Shown here in pieces: positions 25,601 to 41,301 of a stretch of DNA of 64,000 nucleotides. The stretch comes from Euglena gracilis (lineage: Eukaryota). A program made the position numbers and the translations under genes. How positions within the stretch are numbered: the stretch's first letter is position 1; every line of letters starts with the position of its first letter. The notes beneath the pieces were generated by a model. The model was given only the letters and a program-made list of their open reading frames with translations, did not search any database and was not told the origin of the DNA. The DNA lies in NCBI GenBank assembly GCA_039621445.1, contig CP154954.1:4268714-4332713 (forward strand). Reading direction: 5' to 3'.

Positions 25601-28600
25601 GGAAGCAACGGGGCGGGGCGGCTTTCCTCCTTCTCCCTCACCCAGCGGACTGCGTAATGACTCAGTTGTATCAGTACTCCACGGCGACTGCTTGAATGGA
25701 AAAAGCGACCTTCTGCAGCAGCAACGGCGCAAACAAACATTTGTCGTTGACAGGCAGCAGACAAATGTGGAAAATGGATGAAATCATATGTTATTTCTAA
25801 CTTAGAACCACATAACAGGCAAACTTGATGCCGGGAGTTGGGAGTTGTATACAAATCAGGATTTTTCAAAGGCCGGGGGGTACCCACTTTTGGGGGTAAT
25901 TAATGGGCTAAAAAATTCGTCAGAGTTTTGTGCCAAAAATACCCAAAACGGGGGGGTCCAGCCTCCGGCTGGCAAAAAGGCTGCTGGCTGGAAACGAGCT
26001 GCTGGCTTGGCTGGGGCTGGGTCGAGGAAAAACAAAAAATCTAAAACATTTTTTTGCCTTCTCGACAGTTTGATGGATGGAGTTAGATCAAATCTGGGGG
26101 TTGTGATAGAGGAAGCTCTGATGAGAAAAAAAATCCAGGGATAAATGAGCTAGGCAGCCCAGTTGGCAGCCGGCTGGCCCGGCCTCCGGCCGGGCTGGTC
26201 CCGACTTTATTTCACTCAACCCCCGGTGGGGGGGGGGGGCTCCCAGCCCGAATTTGGGTTGCTGGCTGGATTTGAGCTGCTGTCTGCCTACCTGTCTCAA
26301 TACCACACTTGCTACACAGCCGCTATGCTGGAGCAACCAGTTCCAATAGAAGAGATCCAGAATCATCCGGGATCATTTATGCAACAATCCATCCCTTAAG
26401 CTGAAATTGTTAAAACATCCTGTTTGCTTCTTTTTGTTTGCCTCATGAAATGTAACAGCTAACTTTTTCTGGTTTTCAGCTGGTCAAATTGTTCAAGGTT
26501 TGTGAATGGGAACAGTGTGCAGTGTGCGACGAAGAACGGTTGCTTGCAAATGTGCCTCTGCTTTTACATCATTTTCACGGATTATGTAAACCGACACGAA
26601 AACGACTGGCGGAAGGAGATAAAACATACAAAAGTGCACATGGAGCAGAGACAAACTATCTGTCACAGGACGTAACCTACCAAACAGGATGCACTACCTG
26701 AGACCGGAACTTCTTTGTTATGCAATAATTTGTAATAATTCACAATGGTTGGTGTGCAAATGAATTGTTTCTCAAAAAACGAACGAGTTCCGGAATTTTA
26801 AAAAGTTTATAAAACTGCGCATCTGTCATCTTCCGGTTTCCTAGGTTTGGAATCGATTTTCCAATTTTTCCACCGTGTGTTTCAAATTAAATATTCTCTA
26901 TACCCAAAATATCAGCCTTCTGTTGCACTTGAGGCGACATTTGCGATGATACAAGTTTTCCATGGACCTGAAGCATGTCCGCCCCCGCCCCAATTCTGAG
27001 GACCCCCCCACTCCCAACTAAGGCTAGTGAAGCGCCAATTTTTTGCAACATATGGTAAAACAGGATTCGCGAGGCATGAAACAAGCAGATTTTTGCTTTC
27101 CCAGATGCGGGGCCGACTTTTGTAGAGCATTAGCAGACACTGTTTCCGACAAAAATTCCCCAACTGCGAGTTACGCTATGGAGACAAGCACTCTAAATCC
27201 AAAGAAAATTGGCCAAGTTTTTTCTGGGCCATTTTAAAGCGGTTTTTTGCTACCCCCCCCCCTGCAAGGGTTTGGGCCAAAAACCGCCTAAGACTGATCG
27301 TGGGGGGGTTCCAACAACGAATCTGCCACATTGTTTTTAAAAAAAGAAACCAGTCTAACCCCCCCCTGACGTGTGGTCGGTCACTCTGGATAGAAACACT
27401 CTAAATCCATGGAAAATATTTTCTGGGTCATTGTAAACGGTACTTTTTTTGCTACCCCCCTCCCAAAGGCAAGGGTTTGGGCCAAAAAAACCTATTACTC
27501 ATCCTTCAGGGGGGGGGGTTGCGACATAGGCCATGCCCACTGTTTTTTCCTGGTACTCTTTTGGGAGGTTATGCAATTTGCACAATGAGGTAGAAATGTT
27601 GCCCCAAAGCTGTTTTATGTTAGGTGTACAACCTCAAAATCGAGTGGGATATTATCCGTTGTCCAATCATTTTTTTTGATAATTCCTTATTTAAAATTAT
27701 CCATCGTTCAGCCAATGTCTCTGGTGACAAACCCCTCTGATAACACAAGGGTTTTTCACTTCGTGTTCCATTCTCAGGCCGAGAGGAAGATGCTGGGATG
27801 TGTCGTCAGCATATGGCACGGGGTCCGTTGGCGCAGTCCCTGGGATCAACGTGACAAATTTTTTCAAATTGGTTTCCTAGCGAACCTGAAAATAATACAT
27901 TGAATACACTGCATTCAAATTCATTTTTTTGTGAAACAATAAGCGAAACTGCGAAGAACGGTCCCTACACAGTTAACGACAAAACATTCACGACATACAC
28001 TTGAAGAACAAATGCCCTAACAACCATGCAACTGGTCGTAAAAATGTTAAACATGAAAAAGACATGTCCAAACTTCTCTTGAGTGTGGGGGGCGTGGGCA
28101 GGTGGGCCACAATAAAATCATTTTTACAAACATGTTTCTCATTATTTCATCAAATACACCAAGCCATTTACTGAACCTGGCGCTCATTATCCGGCTGCTT
28201 CAGACCCAGGGGGTCCAGCAAGCCAAAATAAGAACTGCTGGTTGGGGGGAGGGACGCTGGAAGACGACAAATATCTGTGGAAAAAGAATGAGTGCATTGT
28301 GACTGCAAGGCTCCTCTGAAGAAGTTGAAGAATTTTCTTGGCAAAACCAGGGACAGTCGAAAGAATAGGGGTCATGAACGAAGGAAAAGGTCGCGATTGG
28401 CAGAGGCGTGGCATGGCCGAGGGTGTGGGGAGACTGGCTATCAGTAACAAGCCGCTTCGCTGTCCATCCTGCTGGGTGGAAAGGCACCGAAAATTGTAAA
28501 CGGACCAGCTTGCATCCACTGCTCCAGTGGCACTGTTCGTTCATTCGTTTTGTTTCAGCAGTTATAATTAAGGGTTTTCTGAAGGCGGAGGACCCTACCC

Positions 28601-29306
28601 TCCCAGTCGGGCTGCGGACCTTCCCCCAGGGGGGGGGGTCAGCTGAAATAAAAGGAAAATTGAAGCCGGTTTTGCAAATTTTGAACTTTTTGAAAAAAGG
28701 GTCAAAAATGGCCTGAAATGGCATTTTATTGTGGTTTTTGGATTTTCAGCTCCAAATTCTGGCTCAAAAATGCCAACCCAGTTGGATTTGGGCTGTTTTC
28801 CGCTGGCTGGCTGGACCCCCACTGAACTCCCCCCCCCAGGTGGTCAAGCCAGCCCCTTCCTTCTTTTCCAGCCGGCACCTTTTCCCAGTAGGCGTGTGGA
28901 CCCTCGGGGTGGGGGGGGGGAGGTCTTGAAATCCTGACGTTAGGACTAACAACACAAGGCAAAATATACCAAAGAAATTCCAAAGAAAGGGGGTCAAGCC
29001 AGCACCTGCTTTTCAAACCAACAACTTTTATAACCAAAGAAATTCCAAAGAAAGGGGGTCAAGCCAGCAGCTGCTTTTCAAACCAACAACTTTTCCCAGT
29101 TGGCCTGCGGACCAAAAGGGGGGGAAGGTCCATAAATACTGAGGCTATGCCTAACAACACCAGGCAAAATAGCCCCAAAAGCAAAATTTGTTTTGCCAAC
29201 GTTGCAACGAAATGAACGATGACAGGCATTTCATATCCTTCCCACCAACGATAACAACCTCCCCCCTTCATACAACAACAAAATAGATAAATATTTAAAA
29301 GTGTGA

Positions 29307-31731
<2,425 letters not shown>

Positions 31732-31950
31732 CCAGCACGGACGCGGAGGCGGCAACATCGCAGGTGTGCCACCCCCGGCCTGCCGGAGCTGGTATCTCCG
31801 GCCCTCCAGTTCGGGCCGCACCGGCTGGAGGTGGGCGTGAAAACCGTGCGAGGCCTCCCCCCTCTGCGGCACCCCCCCACCTCCCCTCCCATCCCCTCCC
31901 ATCCCCTCCCATCCCCACCCATTCCCAGAATCCCCCGTCCATACCAATCA

Positions 31951-31953
<3 letters not shown>

Positions 31954-32030
<77 letters not shown>
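31954..32030. repeat. (GA)n microsatellite
   Basis: Direct reading. Confidence 0.95.
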
Positions 32031-32033
<3 letters not shown>

Positions 32034-33060
32034 CCTGGCTCCTTTACCGCTGTGTGCGGAAAAGAGAGAGACACGCGGGAAACCGTGGCCACCACACAAC
32101 GGGTGGAACAAAGTCCCGGCCTTCCTTCCGGGCAACTAGCGCTTGCGAGCCTTCCGAGGCCAGGCGCAGGGGACTGAAGCGCTTCCCCACACAGCCCAAG
32201 ACGGCTAGGGGCTGGGAGTCCGGGGTGAACCGACGCCGCAACCGCCCACGGCGAAAATGATATGGGCTCCCGCCAGCTGACGCGGTTTACAAACATCAGC
32301 TAGGCCACCCCACGCAGCAACCAAGGTGGTGCTTCTCCGCCTGCAAGGGCTCGAGCGCAAAGTCCCGCCCGCACAGCCTCCAGTGCAAGTCGGCACAGAG
32401 GAAAGAGCCACGTGTGGGTGAAGCCCGTGACCCTCCTGGTGAGTCGCGGGTCGGGCTCCCCATACCTTGCTTGGGGTTGAAGCAAGTGGCTCTATGCGGG
32501 CTGTGGCTCCGGGAAGGCTGGCCCATCTCTGGGTGAAGGAGGCGGGCTGACGGGGTGCCAGGACCCCAATCGGCGCCGGCCGTGGACCAGAGTATCCCGT
32601 ATCCCAGAGTGGTGACCACCTTCACGCCAAGGAGTGGGGCGAGTGGCCCCCGGGTCCCCGCTCCTGGCAACCGGAGTTCCTGGGCCATTCCTCAGGTGAC
32701 GGCAGCACCCGAGGGCCATGCATCGCGCGGAGCCGCTCTCCAGGTGGATGCCCAAGGGGCCGTGTCTCGCCCGCCTGGATTGAGCCGTGGGTGGCCCTGA
32801 GGGTCCGCATACCCTTGGGGTCCATGACGCGCCCACCCGCGGAGCATGAGCGCCCCGTCACCAGGCGGTCTGCCCCCACCAGCCGGGCGTCGGGGGCATC
32901 GACAAGGAAGGCCCGGCTGGATCCTAAACCGCCTGGCTCCTTTACCGCTGTGTGCGGAAAAGAGAGAGAGACAGAGAAACACATGTGAAACTGCGGCCAC
33001 CCCATAACGGGTGGAACAAGTCCCAGGGCCCCAGAACCTGTGAGCCTTCCTAGGTCGGGC
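32031..33060. mobile_element. ~900-bp unit with ~130-bp terminal direct repeat (family B)
   Basis: CCGCCTGGCTCCTTTACCGCTGTGTGCGGAAAAGAGAGAGA at 32031 and 32929. The interior is homologous to 43705-44410. Confidence 0.75.
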
Positions 33061-33589
33061 ACAAAGTACCTTTCCTGTGTTTTCCCAAAACAGCAGGGGG
33101 CTTGGATTGTTGGTGAAAATACAAACCCCAAAAATGACCCCGAAACCCCCCAAAATTGGCAATTTTTGGCAAATTTGGTAAAAAATGGCATTTTTGATGA
33201 TGGTCGATCTCAAAAAATGGCCAAAAAAGCAGTTTCTGGGTGGTTTGCGGCCGAAAAAATCGTCCCCGGCAGCTTTCATTTTTCTTCCCCGAAGGGGGGG
33301 TTTATAAGTCCCGGTTTGGTTGGTCGGCCCGAGGGGGGGGGGTTAGTAAGTGGGGGGGTTTATAAGTGGGGGTGGGTTTAATTGGTGAGCTGAAGAATTT
33401 TTAATGTGACACACTGAACACTTGCGCAAATGCGCGCACAAGCAATTGGCCTTGGCTGTGTTTGATGAGATGAGATGACGGTTGCAATACCCCAGATTAT
33501 GTCTGAAATGAAAAATGTCCCTGTTGATTTGCGCAATTGTGCCCACAATTGTTGACTTTATTTGTACAACGACCCAGATGGTGCTGTGT

Positions 33590-33950
33590 TGTAAATCCCG
33601 CCGAATAACATCCCCATGGGGCTATTATTCGGATAATCGGTTAAATTTTCAGGGGGGCTATTATTCGGGGGGGGGTATTATTCGGATTTTTGGATAACAA
33701 TACGGGGGGGGGGGGGCTATTTTTCGGGGGGAGCTCCAAACACATACAAACATCCTTCTCTCCTTCTCTGATCTTCTTCAAGACATTGTCCATGTCAACA
33801 CTGATGAGGTCGACTCAGAAGCATCGCCACCAGTTTGGCCAAAGGCCTCCAGGGGGGGGGGGCTATTATTCGGATTTTTGGCTAAAATATCCGAGGGGGG
33901 CTATTATTCGGGGGGCTTTTATTTGGGGGGTGCTATTATTCGGGGGGGGG
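33590..33950. mobile_element. Degenerate TA-type MITE built of GGGGCTATTATTCGG repeats
   Basis: At least 6 copies of GGG(G)CTATTATTCGG plus the inverse CCGAATAA at the left end. Confidence 0.55.
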
Positions 33951-34218
33951 CGGGCAAGGCTCAATGGCAATGCTTTTGTGCTGTCACCTGCCTGCATTTG
34001 ACATACATGGGGGATGGCAAGGCAGGGTACAGCTGCTATTATTATGTTCTTTTTGTTTGTTGGCTTGCGCAATTGCGCATAAACATTTCCAAAAAAAATT
34101 ATGCGACACAGCGTGCAATGCGCATATACCAAAAGTGGGAGGAGGACGATGACGGGGGTGTGTCATTAGATTTGTGGGTTGATGAAAGGTAGCGTGCTGG
34201 CAGACCTGGGGACGACTG

Positions 34219-37200
34219 ATGGAGTCCTCCCAGGCCAGCAGCACCCACTCACACCGCCGTGGCTACGAGGGTTACAGCGAGAAGGCCGCCCTCTCCGCGG
34301 AGGCTGGGAAGCTGATGGGCCTGCTGGTGAAGGCCCACTTCGTCGTTATCTGCGAGGAGTTTGTGGCGGCGGTGGTGCAGCGCGGTCACCCGCTGAAGAC
34401 GCTGGTGGCGGAGGTAGCCCACACCAGGGTGCCGCTGCGGGCGGAGGGCGGCACAGTGCGGCGCTGCGGACGGAGGGCAGTGCGGCGCTGCTGGAGGAGC
34501 TGGCGCGTGAGCCGCGGCGGCAGCAGATTGCGCTGCTGCTGAAAGACGCCTGGGCGGTGTACCGTGCGCTGCGGCAGCACGCCTGCCCGCGGTCGGCGCA
34601 GCGGGTGGTGGCGGAGGAGCACGAGGCGCCGCTGGCGAGGCACCGGGCGGCCAGTCGGCTGCTACGGCCCAGCGACTGCTCCCACAGGTCGTCCAGTCGC
34701 TCGCACGCCCGCTGCCACCGCCACTGCCGGTTCCCGGAGTACCCGGGGTACCCGTCACTGGAGCAGCTGCTGGGGCGCGTCCACCGGGTGTCCGCACAGC
34801 TGGTGCAGTCCGACCTGCCGGCGTTCCTGGAGCTGGTGTTGGAGATCAGCGCGCGGCCGCTGGACGCGCACGAGCTGCGCATACCGCTGGACGTGCATCG
34901 GACATCACGATGACTGCTCAGAAGTGTTTTTTTTTCTGCCTTACAAATTGATGGACTCGGTGGGTACTGCTGATCACTGATGCTTCTGTATGTAAAATTA
35001 TATTTCTGACTCTGCCACTCTGCCGTCACTGTATGGAAAAATTTTATTGTATGCGCATGTGCGCAAATGCGCACATATTACTCTGACTTACGTGTTTGAA
35101 AAAATATCTCTAAGGGAGCACCCGCTTCTGGCATTAGATACACATGGATGATTTTTGTACTGATTTATTTGTGCAATTGCGCGCAGATACAACTTTCTCA
35201 GTGCTCATTGAAGGACCTCCCGAAGGACTGTGAAATTTTTTTGAAACAATTGATTTGCGCATTTGCGCGCACAAATTGTCCTTGTTCTGAGTGATTGATC
35301 ACGGACACTGACACTGTCCGTTGTGTGGTCATGCTGATGGGGCTGAGAGAACGCACGGTGCCCGGTGTGGTGGCCCTTCATGCTGACGGACGACCGGATC
35401 TCCTCCCATATGGGGATGCTGAAGGTCCTCCGCTTTCTGAGGGACGACGTGCTGTGCCGTGTGAAGGCCCCGCTGCCCTGCTGGTGGACATCAACCTGTG
35501 GTACCGCCACCTGAAGGTGGTGTACGGGCGGGAGTTCTAGCAGTGGGATGCGAGCGAGGCGCTGCGGCAGCTGCCCCCGTATGGTGTGTGGCCGCTGCAC
35601 GGCGCGTACAAGCAGGTGCCGACCATGCTGTACCGCCGCCTGCTGCCGCTGTTCCTGTTCCTGCAAGGGGGCAAGATGGTGCACGGGGAGCAGTGGTCCA
35701 CAAACCCGAAGGTGCGGGTGCTGGAGATGTGGGTCTGCGCCATACTGATGGTGCCGACGGACCGCCCTGCCCGCCTGCGACGGCTGTTCCGGACCCTGCG
35801 ACGGTGACAGGACACGTGGCGCCGGAGGTGGAGCGACGCCGGCAGCTGATGCAGCAGGCCCAGCGACGGAAGGAGGAGGCGGAGAGGCAGGCTTCCCAGA
35901 AGGTGCGTCACACGGAGTCCAGCGCCAAGATGCAGCGGGCATGGCAGTCGGGCAGCTGGGAGATGGAGTGCATCCGCCTCTGGAGGAGAGCCGCCGGAAT
36001 GAGGCCCAGGAGAGGCTGGACCGGGACCTGGCGGTGGCGCAGGCGCTGGAGGACCTCCTGTTGGTCTGGCCTGCTTCGCGTTGGCAGGTGCGGGAGTGCC
36101 ACTGGGAGGAGCGGCGGCCGCAGACGGGCACACAGGCGCGGAAGGTGCTGTGCAACGCCCTGGCGATGCTGCTCCACCTGGAGGCGCCGACCCCGGGACA
36201 CCGTGCACGCGGCCACTCGGACTACGTGCGGACGCTGGCGTGTGCGCTGCTGATGTGGGATCGGTGGCACGAGCAGCTGCCCGCCTGTTGCTTCTCGGAG
36301 GAGTCAACGAGGCGACGCTGAGCAGGCTGGGCAGGTCCATGCAGCACCACCCGGAAGCAGTGGAGGTGGAGGACGTGATGGACCTGTACCTCCTGGAGAG
36401 GCAGGGGCAATACGGTGCCCGGGAGCTGAAGGCGGCAGGGGTGGACCGGCGGTGGATGGCGGACTGCCTGTGGAACCTAGACTACCTGCTGGACAGCAGT
36501 GAGCTGTGGCCTCCGTTGGATGCCCCCGACTGGCTGGTGCACGAGATCGTGAGGTTCGCCTCGGTGAGGGGGATGTGTCTGAAGAGCATGCGACAGCTGG
36601 AGGACCTCGATGCGGACGTGGGGGGAGGAGTCGGAGGATGAGGCGGTGGTGCAGCAGTGGCCGGATGGTTGGACGGAACTGCCATCCCTGCTGGCACACG
36701 ATGTCGGACCGAAGGGCGAGACGGTGCTGAAGGATATCCCGCAGTATGCCCTGCAGATGTTATTGAAGGACCAGATGCCCTCCGCCGACGCCACGACGGA
36801 GCTGGACCAGCTCTGCTACGACGCGCAGGCTGGCAGCAGTCACCGGGCCCAGTCGGAGTTGGACTCCTACCAGGTGCACTTGGACAGTGTACATGGGCGC
36901 CGCCGTCCACGCCAGGAGAGAGCAGCTGGTGAGGTAGCAGTCAGATTCACAGTGAGCTATAGCTTCGAGAGGACCATTCACTATGAGACATTCATGCTTC
37001 AAATTGTACAATGAAGAAGCGTTCATTGAAATTTGCGCATTTGCGCTCATCAAAAACAAACATATGTCCATATGGGTTACGTTGTGACACACAGAATAAC
37101 ATCAGTCTCGTTGAAATTGTGCTGTATCAAACAAAATATGTTTTTATTTGCGAATTTGCGCAAATAAAAAACATTTTGTATGCAAAAAACATACAGGCGG

Positions 37201-37740
37201 AGCCTTCAGTGGGCGTACATATCAAATGAATTATACCGATGTCCTGCGTGAACAGTCTGAAAGCCTGATAGATAGCAACATATAACAAGACACGCCTGCA
37301 CTTTGTCGTATGCTCAGTTTGAATTGAATTGCTTGAAAAAGAGATTGTCACAAACAAGAGAGGGTTAGAAGGTACGGTATGTCAGAAACTCTGCATTTCT
37401 CAGAGTACTTGCTTTTTTTTTTGCAAATGCAAATCACACCTCCTCCTGAACAAAAATAATACGTTTTTTGGGCGCAATTGCGCAAATCAACATTCCACTT
37501 CAAAAAAATATTGGGTGAATACGCGCTGAATCTGCCAGCATCTGCGGCTGTGGAGTCCTCATCCGAGGAGTCGTTGCCCGAGCGACCAACTCGGCGTTCG
37601 CGGTTCGAGTCCGTGGTGGGCGGTGAGCTACCTCCTCAAAAAGGGCGTTCGGACACCTGCGGAACCTGCACGGCGTGGCGCAGCCTCCAGCAGCAGGGAC
37701 ATGGTGCCACCTAGGGCACCGCCGGGTGTGTACGTCCCGT
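34219..37740 (+). pseudogene. Broken multi-exon gene 1, unknown product, possibly related to DDE transposases
   Basis: GC3-rich blocks at ~34219-34913, ~35295-36928 and ~37539-37740 are separated by AT-rich spacers. There are several frameshifts and an in-frame TAG at 35538-35540. A phase-compatible GT-AG intron fits 36929-37538. Confidence 0.6.
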
Positions 37741-39591
37741 CAGTTCCCTTCGAGGAGTGCAACTGAAAGATTTTTCTGACGAGGCGACAGCTCAACAACT
37801 TTGGACACAATTTAGGGTCAGTCAATACGCAATTTCGACGCGCACAAGGCCCAAAATAAAAAAAATCATTACTTCTCTCCGCACACGTTCTGCACTTCCC
37901 AAAAACCAGGCCTACGGTTTCCCAACCGTCAACTGCCAATGGTTTAACAATTTCGCAATTAGAATGCGTGACGTGTAACCCCCGGTTTGTGTTGGGCAGT
38001 TTTTGACACAGATAAACAGTTGCAGAATACAGAAACATGGCATACACACACACACACACATGTATCCATACCCCCCCGTCACGAACCAGGAACCAGGAAT
38101 AATTCATTCCTGGGGTTCTGTCATGGTGTTTCACTTTTTTTTTCCAATTTTTGCCCAAAAAATGCCTAAGTCGGATGATTTTTTTGCATAATTTGGGCGG
38201 ATTGCCTACCGGGGGTTAGACGACCTTCCAGTGTGGATGTTTCAGTTGTCGAATGCACAATTCAATCCAGGGCGAGAAAGCCACCCTTTTTTGGAATGCC
38301 GCCTTGCCTCAGGTCACACACCATGGCCGACCCTGCTGGTATCCCCCCGGAGGGGGAAGTCACTGTCCCCGGGAGCCCAGGTCCGAGGTGGGGGTGGCTG
38401 GAGCGGAGCCCGCCCCGGCCCCGGCCGCGGCCGCGGCTGCGCAGGAGGAGAAGCCCGCCGCCAAGCCGGGGCGAGTCCGCCCCCGCGGAACCGCCCGGAG
38501 CCTGCCCATCGCCGAGGTGTACAAGGAGGAGGTGAAGAAGTGGGTCACCAGCGCAGGGACGAAGCTGCCGCTGGACGTGCTGCACGTGGGCTCAACTAGT
38601 CCGAGGGGCAGACGCGGCCCCTGGACAACATGGAGGTGGAGCGGAAGCTGCGGCAGCTGCAGCTAAACCCCCCACTGGAGATGGTGCGGGTCACCGTGTG
38701 GCAGAAAGACAGTATGTTATGTCTTGTGTCTGTGTGCGGATGTGTCATATGTGCCTTTTGCATTGGCCCAATTTATTTGGAGTCGGTTTGCGGAATGAAC
38801 ACAATTTTTGCGAACACATATGGACAAGTCTTTGTTGTATTGTATTTGGGTTCTGGTTTGATTTGCGCATTTACGCGCACATACACACCATGCGTTGATT
38901 TGCGCATTTGCACGCACACACACGCGCAATGTGTTGTTTTGTGCATTTGCGTGCACATACGCACACCTGTTCTGTTGATGCGCGCTGCTGCACACACATT
39001 CCATTCATTCTCTTCACAGAGGACAAATACGTGCTGGTCAGCGGGCAGCACATCACGTGCCCGCTGAAGTGGTGGGCGGAGAGCTTCCGGGCCCGGAAGC
39101 TGAACCCGCCGAAGGGTTCATCCTTTTATTTGTTTGTTTCTGGTTTTGCTTCCCCTCTCGTGCAGCCCCTCCCGTGCAGCCGCTCTCGTGTAGCCCATCT
39201 CATGCAGCCACTCTCGTGCAGCCCCTTCTGTGTCTGAAATATGCATCAAATGAAGTACTATGGCCAGGGCAAGTATGTCCTGGCTACCGTGCCCCACAAC
39301 CTGACGCCGGTGCACCTGCGGCGGGCCGCCAGAGGCGACGTCCAGGCCATCCAATCTGCGGTGAAAGAGCTGTCCATCCCGCGCCAACCTTCTGGCGAAG
39401 GGGAAAGACCTCTCCCCGTGCCGGCTGTGCGGCTAGCGGCGGCCTACCGGCAGGCCGGGTGGGACCGGTCCGTCGCACAGGCGTGATCCCACTACATTCA
39501 AATTACTGCAGCTTGATGCCATAATTGATGCCATTGTGCATTTTTTTGCTTTTGCGCGCACCAACACAATGGATCCATGGTGAGTGCTGGG

Positions 39592-39631
<40 letters not shown>

Positions 39632-39937
39632 GTCATCTGCGCAGGGCGACGTCATCAAGATGTGCGCGCCGCTGCAGCGGCTGGTGGAGGAGACCCCGGA
39701 GGCCATGGCGGGCCTCCTCAGTGTGGAGTCGGCGCTGGCAGCGCGGGGCCGCACGCTGCTGTCTTCGCACATGCGGTCCCTCCGGCGGCGGCTGACGCCC
39801 GAGGTGGGCGGCCAGGCCAGTGGGGGAGGAGAAGGCGGTGCGGTGCCTCCTGTACAAATCCGGTGGGAAGGAGGTGCCGGTGGAGGCGCTGGGGGCCGCG
39901 GTGGGCCTCGTCATCGTGGAGGTCAACCACAACACGG

Positions 39938-40175
39938 GCTCAGGATTCTGTTTTTTTTCCTCAATGTGCTCTTCGTTTTTTGTTTGCACATTTGCCCGCA
40001 TCAAAAAAATTTAACACGAGTATCGTTCCAGAAGTGGCCTTCTGCAAGCACTTTCCTTTCAGAATGTGACAATGTTCGTTGATTTGCGCACTTTCACACA
40101 ACTTTTAATGCGCGCACTTGCGCAGATGAAACGACCCTGTGCAGGATGCATCAGATTGAACAGAATCCTGCAGCC
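39938..40175 (+). other. Euglenid-type non-conventional intron (238 nt)
   Basis: CAG at +4..+6 and CTG at -8..-6, within a perfect 12-bp inverted repeat CAGGATTCTGTT (39941-39952) / AACAGAATCCTG (40159-40170). Removal joins VEVNHNT-V-LSELVRRLAGLLPIVIYGR in frame. Confidence 0.8.
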
Positions 40176-41301
40176 TCCTGTCCGAGCTGGTCAGGCGTCT
40201 GGCTGGCCTGCTGCCGATCGTCATCTACGGCAGGACGGGGGCGGTGTCAGCCGTGGAGACGGCGGAGCAGCGGCTGGCGCCGGGACGGAAAACGGCCATG
40301 GTGGACGTCTGGCTGCGGCAGGGCGGCCTGGGGGTCGCCCGCAAATTCGACAAGCGGTCCATGGTCGTGCTCTTCGGACCGGGAGACGTCGAGCATACCA
40401 AGGTCATCCTGCATCCGGTGCAGAAAGGTCCTGGGTTTTAAGCAGTCTGTGCGAATGGACCAGAGTTGTAACATTTGCGCAAATGCGCCCAAATTATTTG
40501 CAATCAGTGTTCTTTCTGTTATGTTATGTTGTATCTGTTGTGTGCTCCCTCGCAGGTGCTGCCGAAGGTGGAGTGGGACGTGGAGTCCAACTGCGGGCTG
40601 GGGCTGCACTGGCTCTGCGTGGAGTGGCTGTGGCGCAGGGTGGTCCGCCGGATGGTGGTGGCCAACGCCATGCTCATCCAGGCCACCGACACCGCGGTGT
40701 CGGCCCGTGTGGCGGCCTGGGCTGCCAAGCCGCCCGAGGTGCTGGTGGTGGTGGAGGACTCGGCCAGCAGCCTGGAGGAGGTCGCCCAGAGTGTGGGCAA
40801 CACGGTGACCCTGCCCTGGCCCGTCCCCTCCGCCAGCTGCCGCTGCTCCTGGCTGCGCTGGAGGCGGGGGACCCGCTCTGGGTGCCCCTGGAGAATGCCG
40901 CCCTGAAGGACAAGCTCTGGCTGGCCACTGAGGACACGGGGCGAAAGGCGAAGGAGTCCGAGGAGCGGCGCGAAGGGCGAAAGAGTCTGAGGAGCGGCGC
41001 CGCCAGACCAAACTGCAGCAGGAGGAGCGCCGCAAGCAGAAGCTAGAGCAGCGCCAGAAGGAGGATGGTGACAAGAAGAAGAAGCGTCGGGAGTAGGAGG
41101 TGGAGAAGAAGCCCAGGCCTCCAGGTCGAGGAGGTGGACAGCCCAGAGGAGGGCGATGTGGAGATGACCGCCCCCAGCCAGGAGACCCTGGAGTTGACCC
41201 TACCTGCCGCCAGCAGCCAGCCGGAGGAGGCCAGCCCGGTCATCGTGCCAGTGGCCGAGCAGGCGGAGGAGTCCGACGACAGCAACAGCAGCGACAGCAG
41301 C

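Noticed and set aside
25240-25760. Possible minus-strand CENP-B HTH/pogo transposase remnant (VRWVREKEE...FRWLRF)
   Set aside because: Too degenerate, with stops, no catalytic motif and no TIRs that I could verify.
32680-32700. CTGAGGA hammerhead core on the minus strand (also at ~44205)
   Set aside because: No stem II + GAAA follows in either copy.
39115-40556. Two introns (~39116-39267 and ~40428-40555) that would need GG-AG ends to keep frame
   Set aside because: Both have ordinary GT-AG ends that are off by one base. In a gene with many indels this is better explained by decay or consensus error than by a new intron class.
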